NCBI RefSeq assembly: GCF_963921235.1
Contig: NC_086109.1
Span: 28,336,001-28,400,000, forward strand
DNA length: 64,000 nucleotides
Reading direction: 5' to 3'
From: Mobula hypostoma
Taxonomy: Eukaryota
Both the position numbers and the translations under genes were made by a program. The notes below the pieces were generated by a model. It was not told where the DNA came from, ran no database searches, and worked only from the letters and a program-made list of their open reading frames with translations. Shown here in pieces: positions 24,354-36,690 of the stretch. Each line of letters opens with the position of its first letter. Within the stretch, counting starts at the first letter, position 1.

Positions 24354-25507
24354 GCATAGAAACATAGAAAACCTACAGCACAATACAGGCCCTTTGGCCC
24401 ACAAAGTTGTGCCGAACATGACCCTACCTTCGAAATTACTAGGCTTACCTATAGCCCTCTATTTTACTGAGCTCCATGTACCTATCTAAAAGTCTCTTAA
24501 AAGACCTTATCGTATCCACCTCCACCAATGTTGTTGGCAGCCCATTCCACGCACTCACCACTCTCTGCATAAAAATCTTACTCCTGACATCTCCTCTGTA
24601 CCTACTCCCCAGCACCTTAAACCTGTGTCCTCTTGTGGCAACCATTTCAGCCCTGGGAAAAAGTCTCTGACTATCCACATGATCAATGCCTCTCACCATC
24701 TTATACACCTCTATCAGGTCACCTCTCATCCTCTGCCACTCCAAGGAGAAAAGGCCGAGTTCACTCAACCTATTCTCATAAGGCATGCTCCCCAATCCAG
24801 GCAACATCCTTGTAAATCTTCTCTGCACCCTTTCTATGGCTTCCACATCCTTCCTGTAGTGAGGTGACCAGAACTGAGCACAGTACTCCAAGTGAGGTCT
24901 GACCAGGGTCCTATATAGTTGCAACATTACCTCTCGATTCCTAAATTCAATTCCACGATTGTTGAAGGCCAATACACCATATGCCTTCTTAACCACAGAG
25001 TCAATCTGCGCAGCTTCTTTGAGTGTCCTATGCACTTGGACCCCAAGATCCCTCTAATCCTCCACACTGCCAAGAGTCTTACCATTAATGCTATAGTCTG
25101 CCATCATAGTTGACCTACCAAAATGAACCACTTCACTCTTATCTGGATTGAACTCCATCTGCCACTTCTCAGCCCAGTTTTGCATCCTATCAATGTCCTG
25201 CTGTAACCTCTGACAGCCCTCCACACTATCCACAACACCTCCAACCTTTGTGTCATCAGAAAACTTACTAACCCATCCCTCCACTTCCTTATCCAGGTCA
25301 TTTATAAAAATCACAAAGAGTAAGGGTCCCAGAACAGATTCCTGATGCACTCCACTAGTGACCAAACTCCATGCAGAATATGACCTGTCTACAACCACTC
25401 TTTGCTTTCTGTGGGCAAGCCAGTTCTGGATCCACAAAGAAATATCCCCTTGGATCCCATGCCTCCTTACTTTCTCAATAAGTCTTGCATGGTGTACCTT
25501 ATCAAAT
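24354..25507 (-). mobile_element. CR1 LINE 3' 1.15 kb, 5'-truncated
   Basis: ORFs 25054..25530 (FDKV, QESVLGPLLF, KFSDDTK) and 24445..25035 (LVRPHLEYCAQFWSP); (TTTCTATG)n tail at 24355-24370; ggaa at both junctions. Confidence 0.9.
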
Positions 25508-25867
25508 GGAATTGATAGCTTTGTGACCAAGTTATGGATGATACAAAGTTAGGTGGAGGGGCAGGTAGTGTTTACGAAGTATAGGGGCTACAGAAAGACA
25601 TAGACAGATTAGGAAAATGGGTAAGAAGTGGCGGATGGAATACAGTGTTGGGAAATGAATGGTCATGCACTTTGGTAAAAGAAGTAAAATCATCGACTAT
25701 TTTCTAAATGGAATTTGGGAGTCCTAATGCAGGAATCTGTAAAGGTTAATTTGCAGGTTGAGCAAATGTGATGATAGCATTCATTTCAAGAGGAATAGAA
25801 TATGAAAGCAAGGATGTAATGCTGAGGCTTTATATGACACTGGTGAGACCTTACTTGGAGTATTATG

Positions 25868-26696
25868 GTGAATGCAGCAGGCCAGGCAGCATCTCTAGGA
25901 AGAGGTACAGTCGACATTTCAGGCCAAGACCCTTCGTCAGGACTAACTGAAGAATGAGCTAGTAAGAGATTTGAAAGTGGGAGGGAGAGGGGGAGATCCA
26001 AAATGATAGGAGAAGACAGGAGGGGGAGGGATGGAGCCAAGAGCTGGACAGGTGATTGGCAAAACGAGGTATGAGAGGATCATGGGACAGGAGACCCAGA
26101 GAGAAGGAAGGGGGGGGGAGGGGAAACCCAGAGGATGGGCAAGGGGTATAGTCAGAGGGACAGAGGGAGAAAAAGGAGAGAGAGAGAAAGAATGTGTGTA
26201 TATAAATAACGGATGGGGTACGAGGGGGAGCTGGGGCATTAGCGGAAGTTAGAGAAACTTCCGCTAATGCCCCACCTCCCCCTCGTACCCCATCTGTTAT
26301 TTATCTATATACACACATTCTTTCTCTCACTCTCCTTTTTCTCCCTCTGTCCCTCTCACTATACCCCTTGCCCATCCTCTGGGCTGCCCCCCCCCCACCT
26401 TTTCTTTCTCCCTGGGCCTCCTGTCCCATGATCCTCTCATACCCCTTTTACCAATCACTTGTCCAGCTCTTGGCTCCATCCCTCCCCCTCCTGTCTTCTC
26501 CTATCATTTTGGATCTCCCCCTCCCCCTCCCACTTTCAAATCTCTTACTAACTCTTCCTTCAGTTAGTCCTGACGAAGGGTCTCGGCCTGAAATGTCGAC
26601 TGTACCTCTTCCTAGAGATGCTGCCTGGCCTGCTGCATTCACCAGCAACTTTGATGTATGTTGCTTGAATTTGCAGCAACTGCAGAATTCCTCGTG
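25868..26696. mobile_element. Young palindromic Penelope-like element: two inverted copies of the ORF end and 3' terminal repeat
   Basis: Arms ~25868-26250 and 26256-26643 with a 5-nt spacer (agaga); perfect 13-bp TSD ttggagtattatg at 25855-25867 and 26697-26709; the left arm reads TTC TCT AAC TTC CGC TAA (FSNFR*) on the minus strand, resembling PLE GIY-YIG ORF ends. Confidence 0.85.
26566..26602 (+). ncRNA. Minimal type I hammerhead motif with helix I
   Basis: AGTC-CTGACGA-AGGGTCTCGGCCT-GAAA-TGTC-GACT, with AGUC/GACU forming helix I; mirror copy on the minus strand at ~25907-25944. Confidence 0.65.
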
Positions 26697-27140
26697 TTGG
26701 AGTATTATGAGCAGTTTTGGGCTCCTTATTTAAAAAAAGATGTAATAACATTGGAGAGGGTTCCACAAAAGTGAATCCAGGATTAAAGGGTTTGTCATAT
26801 GAGAAGCATTTGATGGCTCTGGACTCTACCTACTGTAATTCAGAGTAATGAGGGGTGACTCATTGAAATCTATTGAATGTTGAAAGGCCTCGAAAGAGTG
26901 GATGTGGAGAGGATGTTTCCTATGGTGGGAGAGTCTAAGACCAGAGGACACAGCCTCAGAATAGAGGGACATCTTTTTAGAACAGAGATGTGGAGGAATT
27001 TCTTTAGCCAGAGATTAGTGAATCTGTGGAATTCGTTGACATAGGTGACCGTGGAGGCCAAGGCAGAAGTCTGATTTAAGGCAGAAATTAATAGATTCTT
27101 GATTTGTCAGGATATGAAGGGAAATGGGGAGAAGGCAGAA

Positions 27141-29818
27141 GAGAGTTCTCTAGGTTCATTTTGGCAACAGTTTACATTCCACCTCAGGCCAAAACCAAGC
27201 AGACTTTAGATGATCTGAGCAATGGGATCAACATGCACGAAACAGCACACTCTAATGCCTTCACCATTGTTTTGGGAGATTTTAACCAAGCCAGTCTGGA
27301 AAAAATCACAAAGCAACTACCATCAACATATCACATGTAATATCAGAGGAAACAACACACTAGACCACTGTGACACCACTATCAAGAATGCCTACTGTGC
27401 TATTCCACACCCTCACTTTGGGAAGTCAGATCACCTGGCTGTACTTCTACTCCCTGAGTATAAGCAGAGACTGAAGACTGCAGCATCAACAGTGAGGACC
27501 AAGAAGGCATGGACAAGAGAAGCACAGGAGCAGCTACAGGACTGCTTTGAATCGGTGGACTGGACTGTATTCAGGGATTCATTTTCGAACCTGGATGAGT
27601 ATGCTGCAGTTGTTACCGACTTCATTAAAACCTGTGTGGATGAGTGTGTGCCTACAAAGACTTACTGTACATTCCCAAACCAAAAGCTGTGGATGAACCA
27701 GGAGGTACTTCGTCTGCCGAAGGCTAGATCTGTGGCATTCAAGTCTGGCGACCCAGGCCTGTACCAGAAAACCACGTATGATTTGCGGAGGGCTATTTCA
27801 AGGGTGAAGAAACAATTTTGAATGAGCTTGGAGACGACATCAGATGCACGGCAACTCTGGCAGGGTCTGCAAGACATTACTTCCTACAAAGCGAAACCCA
27901 GTAGTATGAATGGCAGCGATGCTTCACTACCAGATGAACTCAGTGCCTTCTATGCACGCTTTGAAAGGGAGAACACAACTATAGCTGTGAGGACCTCTGC
28001 CTCACCTGAAGATCCTGTGACCTCCATCTCAGAGGCTGATGTTAGGCTGTCTTTAAAGAGAGTGAACCCTCGCAATGCGTAAGGTCCTGATGGAGCACCT
28101 GGTAAGGCTCTGAAAACTTGTGCCAACCAACTAGCAGGAGTACTCAAGGAAATTTTCAACCCCTCACTGTTAAGGGTGGAAATTCCCACTTGCTTCAAAA
28201 AGGCAACAATTATACCAGTGCCTGAGAATAATAATGTGAGCTGCCTTAATAACTATCGCCCAGTAGCACTCACATCTACAGTGATGAAGTGCTTTGAGAG
28301 GTTGGTTATGACTAGACTGAACTCCTGCCTCAGTAAGGATCTGGACCCACTGCAGTTTGCCTGTTGCCATGATAGGTCAACAGCAGACGCAATCTCAATG
28401 TCTCTCCACACGGCTTTAGACCACCTGGACAACACAAATACCTATGTCAGGATGCTGTTCATTGAATATAGCTCAGCATTTAATACCATCATTCCCACAA
28501 TCCTGATTGAAAAGTTGCAGAACCTAGGGCTCTGTACCTCCCTCTACAATTGGATCCTCGACTTCCTAACTGGTAGAGTACAATCTGTGTGGATTGGAGA
28601 TAACATACCCTCCTCGCTGACAATTAACACTGGCGCACACCAGGGGTGTGTGCTTAGCCCACTGCTCTACCCTCGATATACACTTGACTGTGTGGCTAGG
28701 CATAGCTCAAATACAATCTATCAATTTGTTGACGATGTAAGACAAAAGAGCTGATTATGGACTTCAGGAAGGGTAAGACGAAGGGACACATACTGACAGC
28801 CTCTCCACAGTACAACTATAGAAGTTTTTGAGTGTATTTGTTGACATGCCAAATCTCTTCTAACTCCTAATGAAATATAGCCGATGTCTTGCCTTCTTTA
28901 TAACTACATCGATATGTTGGGACCAGGTTAGATCCTCAGAAATCTTGACACCAAGGAACTTCTGATCCCTCTATGAGGATTGGTATGTGTTCCTTCGTCT
29001 TACCCTTCCTGAAGTCCACAATCAGCTCTTTCGTCTTACTGACGTTGAGTGCCAGGTTGTTGCTGCGGCACCACTCCAATAGTTGGCATATCTCACTCCT
29101 GTATGCCCTCTCATCACCACCTGAGATTTTACCAACATAGGCTGCATAGTCAGCAAATTTATCGATGGTATTTGAGCTATGCCTAGCCACACAGTCATGT
29201 GTATGCAGAGAGTAGGGCAGTGGGCTAAGCACACACCCTTGAGGTGTGCCAGTATTGATTGTCAGCAAGGAGGATATGTTATCACCAATGCATTCTGACA
29301 GGCTGCATCACTGTTTGGTATGGGGAGAGGGCTACTGCACCAGACTGAACGAAACTGCAGAGGATTGTAAGTCTAGTCAGCTCCATCTTGGGTACTAGCT
29401 GACAAAGTACGCAGGATATCTTCAGGGAGCGGTGTCTCAGAAAGGCAGCATCCATTATTAAGGACCTCCATCACCCTTTTCTCACTGTTACTATCAGGTA
29501 GGAGGTACAGAAGCCTAAAGGGACACACTTGGTGATTCGGGAACAGCTTCTTTCCCTCTGCCATCCAATTCCTAAATGGACATTGAACCATTGGACACTA
29601 CCTCACTTTTTTTTAATTTACAGTATTTCTGTTTTTTCACATATTTTTAAAATATTTATTCAACATACATACACTGTAATTGATTTACTTGTTTATTCAT
29701 TATTATTATTTTAATTTTTTTTCTCTTCTAGATTATGTATTGCATTGAACTGCTGCTGCTAAGTTAACAAATTTCACATCCCATGCCAGTGAAAATAAAC
29801 CTGATTCTGATTCTGATT
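27141..29818 (+). mobile_element. Rex1/Babar-type LINE, 5'-truncated, with internal inverted duplication (~28795-29290)
   Basis: EN motifs [66 protein letters not shown]; (ATTCTG)n tail at 29803-29818. Confidence 0.9.
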
Positions 29819-30145
29819 GTGGTTACGAGGGAAAATGGATCAGCCATGAGCAGAATCAATGGGCCAAATGGCTTAATCCTGCTCCTATATTCTATGTACT
29901 TGTTCAGTATGTGCTTTGGAATGTCCTCAGCTTATGTGAAAAGAACTGGTACAAAGGAGTGAAAATTGGTGCTATGCAAAAGAAAATTCTAATTAAGATC
30001 AACAATGTAATCAGGAATACAAGTATGATTATAAATGCCCTGGAGGAGGACAGTGAACTTATAAACAGATGAGCTTCACTCTCAGTTGTTAAAACAAAGA
30101 CAGGAATACCTGTGAAGCTGCAGCCATGACCAAACAGGGTGGCAC

Positions 30146-33100
30146 TGGTATGACACACACCCATCCGTGCCATCTGCCGAAGTTTGGGCATTCTAACTCT
30201 CCAGAGTATGAATAGCTGGTGCTACCCCTTTAAAGATTTAGGACAGTCCTGCTAATTGGCAATTATATTTTGGGCACCAAAGATTGAAAATTTAAGGAGT
30301 ACCTGAATTGAGGTTCAGTGCTCTACCATAAGCATACTCGTGATTTCATCTGGTGTCTGTTTTGTGCTCAGATTCTCGGTCCAGTTTGAAACCACGTCTC
30401 GATCCTGAGTGCGGATACTCCAGCATTTGGGTCCAAGCCATTCTCGTCAAGGACTCTTGGCACACTATGATTGAGCCAGTATGGACCCAGCAGAATATCA
30501 AAGTCTTTCATCCACTGTGACCAGCCACAGCAAAGTTATGTCCTGACAGAGCCTGGAGGTACCTCCGGGTAGCCATGGGTCAACTTTTGTAAGGAAGAGG
30601 CCAGAGTCACTTGGGATGACCAGTTGGTACCACTTCAGACCAATACATCTTACAATTCCGGAGAGATTCAGCAGTCACCGAGTTCTTGCCACGGCTTCCT
30701 TGTCCAGTGCTCATTAATGCTGAGGTCCAGCAGTCCCAGTTCCCTTTGGAGCTTGGAAGGGTGCCCTTCACTCTCTTCTGACTGGGAGAGTCCTGGCCTG
30801 GCTCACTGCACATTGGCAATGCAGGTCAGAGATTTGCTTGGACTCAGAGGAATTCTTGGCCGTTATGAACAGGAAGGGAGCAGTTACTCTACTGGGGGTA
30901 TTCTATAGGCCCCCTGGTAGCAGCAGAGATACAGAGGAGCAGATTGGGAGGCAGATTTTGGAAAGGTGCAAAAATAACAGGGTTGTTATCATGGGTGACT
31001 TTAACTTCCCTAATATTGATTGGCACCTGATTAGTTCCAAGGGTTTAGATGGGGCAGAATTTGTTAAGTGTGTCCAGGATGGATTCCTGTCCCAGTATGT
31101 GGACAGGCCGACCAGGGGGAATGCCATACTAGATCTAGTACGAGGTAATGAACCGGGTCAGGTCACAGATCTCTCAGTGGGTGAGCATCTGGGGGACAGT
31201 GACCACCACTCCCTGGCCTTTATAATTATCATGGAAAAGGATAGAATCAAAGAGGACAGGAAACTTTTTAATTGGGGAAAGGCAGATTATGAGGCTATAA
31301 GGCTAGAACTTGCGGGTGTGAATTGGGATGATGTTTTTGCAGGGAAATGTACTATGGACATGTGGTCGATGTTTAGAGATCTCTTGCGGGATGTAAGGGA
31401 TAAATTTGTCCCGGTGAGGAAGATAAAGAATGGTAGGGTGAAGGAACCATGGGTGACAAGTGAGGTGTAAAATCTAGTCAGGAGGAAGAAGGCAGCATAC
31501 ATGAGGTTTAAGAAGCAAGGATCAGATGGGTCTATTGAGGAATATAGGCAAGCAAGAAAGGAGCTTAAAAAGGGGCTGAGAAGAGCAAGAAGGGGGCATG
31601 AGAAGGCCTTGGCGAGTAGGGTAAAGGAAAGCCCCAAGGCATTCTTCAATTATGTGAAGAAAAAAAGGATGACAGGAGTGAAGGTAGGACCGATTAGAGA
31701 TAAAGGTGGGAAGATGTGCCTGGAGGCTGTGGAAGTGAGCGAGGTCCTCAATGAATACTTCTCTTTGGTATTCACCAAAGAGAGGGAACTTGATGATGGT
31801 GAGGACAATATGAGTGAGGTTGATGTTCTGGAGCATGCTGATATTAACGGAGAGGAGGTGTTGGAGTTGTTAGAATACATTAGGACAGATAAGTCCCCGG
31901 GGCCTGACGGAATATTCCCCAGGCTGCTCCACGAGGCGAGAGAAGAGATTGCTGAGCCTCTGGCTAGGATCTTTATGTCCTCGTTGTCCACGGGAATGGT
32001 ACCGGAGGATTGGAGGGAGTCGAATGTTGTTCCCTTGTTCAAAAAAGGTAGTAGGGATAGTCCGGGTAATTATAGACCAGTGAGCCTTAAGTCTGTGGTG
32101 GGAAAGCTGTTGGAAAAGATTCTTAGAGATAGGATCTACAGCATTTAGAGAATTATGGTCTGATCAGGGACAGTCAGCATGGCTTTGTGAAGGGCAGATC
32201 GTGTCTAACAAGCCTGATAAAGTTCTTTGAGGAGGTGACCAGGCATATAGGTGAGGGTAGTGCAGTGGATGTGATCTATATGGATTTTAGTAAGGGATTT
32301 GACAAGGTTCCACACGGTAGGCTTATTCAGAAAGTTAGAAGGCATGGTATCCAGGGAAGTTTGGCCAGGTGGATTCAGATTTGGCTTGCCTGCAGAAGGC
32401 AGAGGGTGGTGGTGGAGGGAGTACATTCAGATTGGAGGATTGTGACTAGTGGTGTCCCACAAGGATCTGTTCTGGGACCTCTACTTTTCGTGATTTTTAT
32501 TAACGGCCTGGATGTTGGGGTAGAAGGGTGGGTTGGCAAGTTTGCAGACGACACAAAGGTTGGTGGTGTTGTAGATAGTGTAGGGGATTGTCAAAGATTG
32601 CAGAGAGACATTGATAGGATGCAGGAGTGGACTGAGAAGTGGCAGATGGAGTTCAACCTGGAGAAGTGTGAGGTGGTACACTTTGGAAGGACAAACTCCA
32701 AGGAAGAGTACAAAGTAAATGGCAGGATACTTGGTAGTGTGGAGGAGCAGAGGGATCTCGGGGTACATGTCCACAGATCCCTGAAAGTTGCCTCACAGGT
32801 GGATAGGGTAGTTAAGAAAGCTTATGGGGTGTTAGCTTTCATAAGTCGAGGGATAAAGTTTAAGAGTCGCGATGTAATGATGCAGCTCTATAAAACTCTG
32901 GTTAGGCTGCACTTGGAGTATTCTGTCCAGTTCTGGTCACCTCACTATAGGAAGGATGTGGAAGCATTGGAAAGGGTACAGAGGAGATTTACCAGGATGC
33001 TGCCTGGTTTAGAAAGTATGCATTATGATCAGAGATTAAGGGAGCTAGGGCTTTACTCTTTGGGGAGAAGGAGGATTAGAGGAGACATGATAGAGGTGTA

Positions 33101-36100
33101 CAAGATAATAAGAGGAATAGATAGAGTGGATAGACAGTGCCTCTTCCCCAGGGCACCACTGCTCAATACAAGAGGACATGGCTTTAAGGTAAGGGGTGGG
33201 AAGTTCAAAGGGGATATTACAGGGAGGTTTTTTACTCAGAGAGTGGTTGGTGCGTGGAATGCACTGCCTGAGTCAGTGGTGGAGGCAGATACACTAGTGA
33301 AGTTTAAGTGACTACTAGACAGGTATATGGGGGAATCTAAGGTGGGGGCTTATATGGGAGGCAGGGTTTGAGGGTCGGCACAACATTGTGGGCCGAAGGG
33401 CCTGTACTGTGCTGTACTATTCTACGTTCTATGTTCTATGAGGGAGATGTTTCATCACCCCACCGGAGCAAGCCGAGCCTCAGACTGCCTGTAGAAAGTT
33501 TGAAGGGGGAAGCGGTCAAGGGCTGCCTACGCGATTGAATATCGGACCTTGGCCCAGGGAAGTGGTTGGGACTGGGAGGCCCTGGCTACGCTGTACTGCC
33601 ACAGACTCCAAGATAATTTGAAGGATGTCCTCACCTTGGGAGAGCCAGCTGAGTAATTAGTAGTTCTCATCAACCAGTCCATCCACCTCGATATTGTTTG
33701 GTGGAGTGTAAGTTGGATTACATCATGAGGTCAAGGAGGGCTAGCCTGAGCCCAGACTCAAAGCATTATTGTTCTACTCCCCAACCCCAGCCACTTGGGG
33801 AACTACCAACACTGTCCAATGTTGGGAGGACTGTGACAGTGGCTGTCACTACGCCCAATCCAATGGACTCCGGTTTTGTGCTGAAGGTGGAGTTTACCTG
33901 AGGTAAGAATCTGAGGCAGGTAAAGGCTTTTGTGGACTCTGAAGCAGTGGGTTATTTCTTTGACAGGGGAACCGCCTGTCAGCTTGACAGAGCATGGAGA
34001 AGTTTGAGTCAGTCCTTTCCTGCAACTGTCTTGGACATCTGCTCATTAGGTTTTGGGTAGATCCAGCAACAGACTGTAGTGTGGCAGCTGAGGAGGGGGG
34101 ATCTTGTGGAAGACATTAGTTTCTACATTATTGAAAGTTTTTCCAGAAACCTCAGCTCAGTGGTGGCTCCACTGATGGCACTAAACAAGTAATCCACGGG
34201 CCCTTCTTTTTGGACTGCCGAGGCGGGGGCTGCCTTTTCAGAGCTCAAACAGTGGTTCATGACAGCTCCCATTATGGTTGCACCTGACCTGGACCTTCCT
34301 TTCATCATGGAATTGGATGCTTTGGACATTGGAGTGGGTGCAGTGTTGTCTCGATGGACACTTCAGACAATAAATTGCACCCATGTGTGTTCTTTTCCAG
34401 GAGACTATTCCCGGCAGAAGTGAATTGCAACATTGGAAATAATGAGCTATTCATGGTCGTTGGCTCTGTAGGAATAGCATCACTGGTTCGGGGGGGCAAT
34501 GGACTCTTTTATCATATGGATGGACCATAAGACCCTGTCTTATATTCAGGAGGCCAAGAGATTGAATTCCAGGCAACCCAGGTGGTCGCTTTTCTTTAAC
34601 CATTTTAATTTCATCCTGACCTATCAACTGGGATCTAAGAACCAGAAGCCAGATGCCCTATCCCATCGGTTCTACGAACCCAAATGGGAAAAGCAGCCCA
34701 ACATCATTTTGCTCCAAGTCAAAGTGATAACATCAATTTGTAGGGGGATCAACACACTTGTTTGCAGGGCCCAGGTGCAAGAGTAGAGTCCTAAGTATGG
34801 TCTTCCTTTCCAGAAACTAGGAATTAGGCTAGTTCCATTGGCCTCAGGTTCTTCAATTGGGACATGCATCAAGATTGACATCTTACCCAGGGATTACCAG
34901 ACCCTTGAGAAGATATCGGTGGCCTGGAGTGGCGAGGGAGGTCCATCAATACATGCTGGCATGCAAGATGTACACCCAACTTCAAGGGCTCCTTCACCCT
35001 CTGCTTGCTCCAGAAAGACCATGAGCTCATATCTCCATGGATTTTGTCATGGGTCTTCCTCCTTCCAAGGGGAAGACTGTTATCATGGTAATTGTGGATT
35101 GTTTTTTGAAGGCCTGCTAATTCATCGCTTTGGACAGACCTCCATCTGCGGTGGAGATGGCCGAGATTGTCCTGCAGCAGGTCTTCAGAGACCACGGTTT
35201 TCTTGCGGACATTGTGTCAGATCGTGGTCCGCAATTCGCATCATGTTTCTGGTAGGCGTTTTGCAAACTGACTGGGGCAATAGCAAGTCTTTCCTCTGTA
35301 GTTCACCCACAGTCCAACAGCCTGATGGAATGAGTAAACCAGGATATGAAATGTACCCTATGATGCGTGGCCTCTGAAAGACCGAATGAACGGAGCGACC
35401 ATTTGATGGGGGTAGAGGTCACCCACAACACTTTACAGCATTCGGTGCACAGGATCTCTCCTTTTGAATGCCAATTTGGGTATTCTCCGCCACTCTTCCT
35501 TGAGCTGGAGGCAGAGTTTGGGATTCCTGCGGCTGAAGATCTCATCCGGCACTGCAAGGAGAGACGGACTAAGGCAAGGGAGATTCTGTTAGCTTCTACC
35601 TGGAAGGCTGAAGTAAAGGCTAACTGCAAGAGAAGACAGGGACCAGTTTGGCAGCCTGGGCAACAGGTTTGGCTGTTGGCTCAGGATTTGCCTCTTCAAG
35701 TAGAGTCCAGGAAATCGGCGCCCAAGTTCTTCAGGATTCCCCGAAAAGTAAACCCAGTAGCGTATGCCTCGTACTCCTCAAGACCCTCAAGATCCCACCT
35801 TCCACATTTCCAAGTGAACATCAGACCATTAGCCCCAGCACCATCAGCCCGGCCACCACCCAGGTTTGTTGATGGGGAGAAGGATTTCACCGTAAGAAGA
35901 ATTTTGGACTCACATACTGTTCGAGAAGTTCAGCAATATCTCATGGACTGGGAAAGATTCGGACTGGAGGAGAGGTGCTGGGTGCCGGAAAGAGACATCT
36001 TGGATCCGGCTCTTATCCACGACTACAATCATTGGCTCTCTGAGCAACCAGGACTGTCAGGAGTCGGCCACAGGGGACAGTGTCCTGTTACAACTTGCAC

Positions 36101-36404
36101 CTATCCATGCCAACTTTCGAGGTTTAGGCGCTCTAACTCCTTGGAGTACGGATAGCTTGAGCGGCCCCTTTGAAGATTCAAGACAGTCTTGCTAATTGGC
36201 AATCATGTTTAGGGCACCAAGAATTAAGCATTTAAGGAGCTCCTGAACTGAGGTTCGATGCTTAATGGTAAGCTTACTTGTAATTTCGTCTAGTGTTTGT
36301 TTTGTGCTCAGATTCTTGATTCAGTTTGAAACTGTGTCTCAATCCTTACAGCGGGTACTCCAGCATTTGGGTCCAAGCCATTCTTGTCAAGGACTCCCAT
36401 CACA
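30146..36404 (+). mobile_element. Sushi-like chromodomain Gypsy LTR retrotransposon, decayed, RT apparently deleted
   Basis: LTRs 30146-30464 and 36086-36404 (319 bp each, TG...CA); 5-bp TSD ggcac at 30141-30145 and 36405-36409; gag start MDPAE at 30481; protease AFVDS at ~33925; RH ELDALDIGVGAVLS and LNSRQPRWSLFFNHFNF; IN region; chromodomain FTVRRILDS..QYLMDWERFGLEERCWVP. Confidence 0.92.
30869..33436 (+). mobile_element. Young 5'-truncated CR1 LINE (APE C-half, RT, 3' UTR) inserted in Sushi gag
   Basis: ORF segments 30838..31470 (YRPP, GDFN, SDH), 31501..32148 (KSPGPDG, NYRPVSL) and 32187..33311 (PQGSVLGP, KFADDTK), separated by one stop and one frameshift; (TTCTATG)n tail; tatga duplicated at 30864-30868 and 33437-33441. 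Confidence 0.93.
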
Positions 36405-36690
36405 GGCACAGCAGCATAGTGATTAGTGTAATGCTTTACAGCAGCTAGGTGTAAGATCAAGGCTCAATTCCTGCCACTGCCTGTAAAGAGCTTGTACGTT
36501 CCTCTTGGTGCTCTGGTTTCCTCCCACATTCGAAAGACATACGGATTAGGGTTAGTAAGTTGCTGGCATGCTATGTTGGTACCAGAAGCATGGTGACGCG
36601 CGTAGGTTTCCCCCAGTATATCCTTGAACTGTGTTGCTCATTGCTGTTTTGGTGTACATGTGACAAGTAAAGCTAATGATAATCTTAAAA
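36405..36690 (+). mobile_element. tRNA-derived V-domain SINE; its first bases lie at ~30137-30145
   Basis: gggt|ggcacagcagcatagtgattag (A-box), ggctcaattcc (B-box), ggtgctctggtttcctcccacattcgaaagac (V-like core). Confidence 0.7.

Larger units (their letters stand above)
24333..29900 (+). mobile_element. Old CR1 3' half acting as host to three nested insertions
   Basis: NDLDEG|IDSFVTK..DDTKLGG (24333-24353 joins 25512); LVRPYLEY|YEQFWAPY (25867 joins 26710); ..GEKAE (27140) joins the CR1 3' end gaaaatggatcagccatg...ctgctcctatattctatg (29820-29896). Confidence 0.8.
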
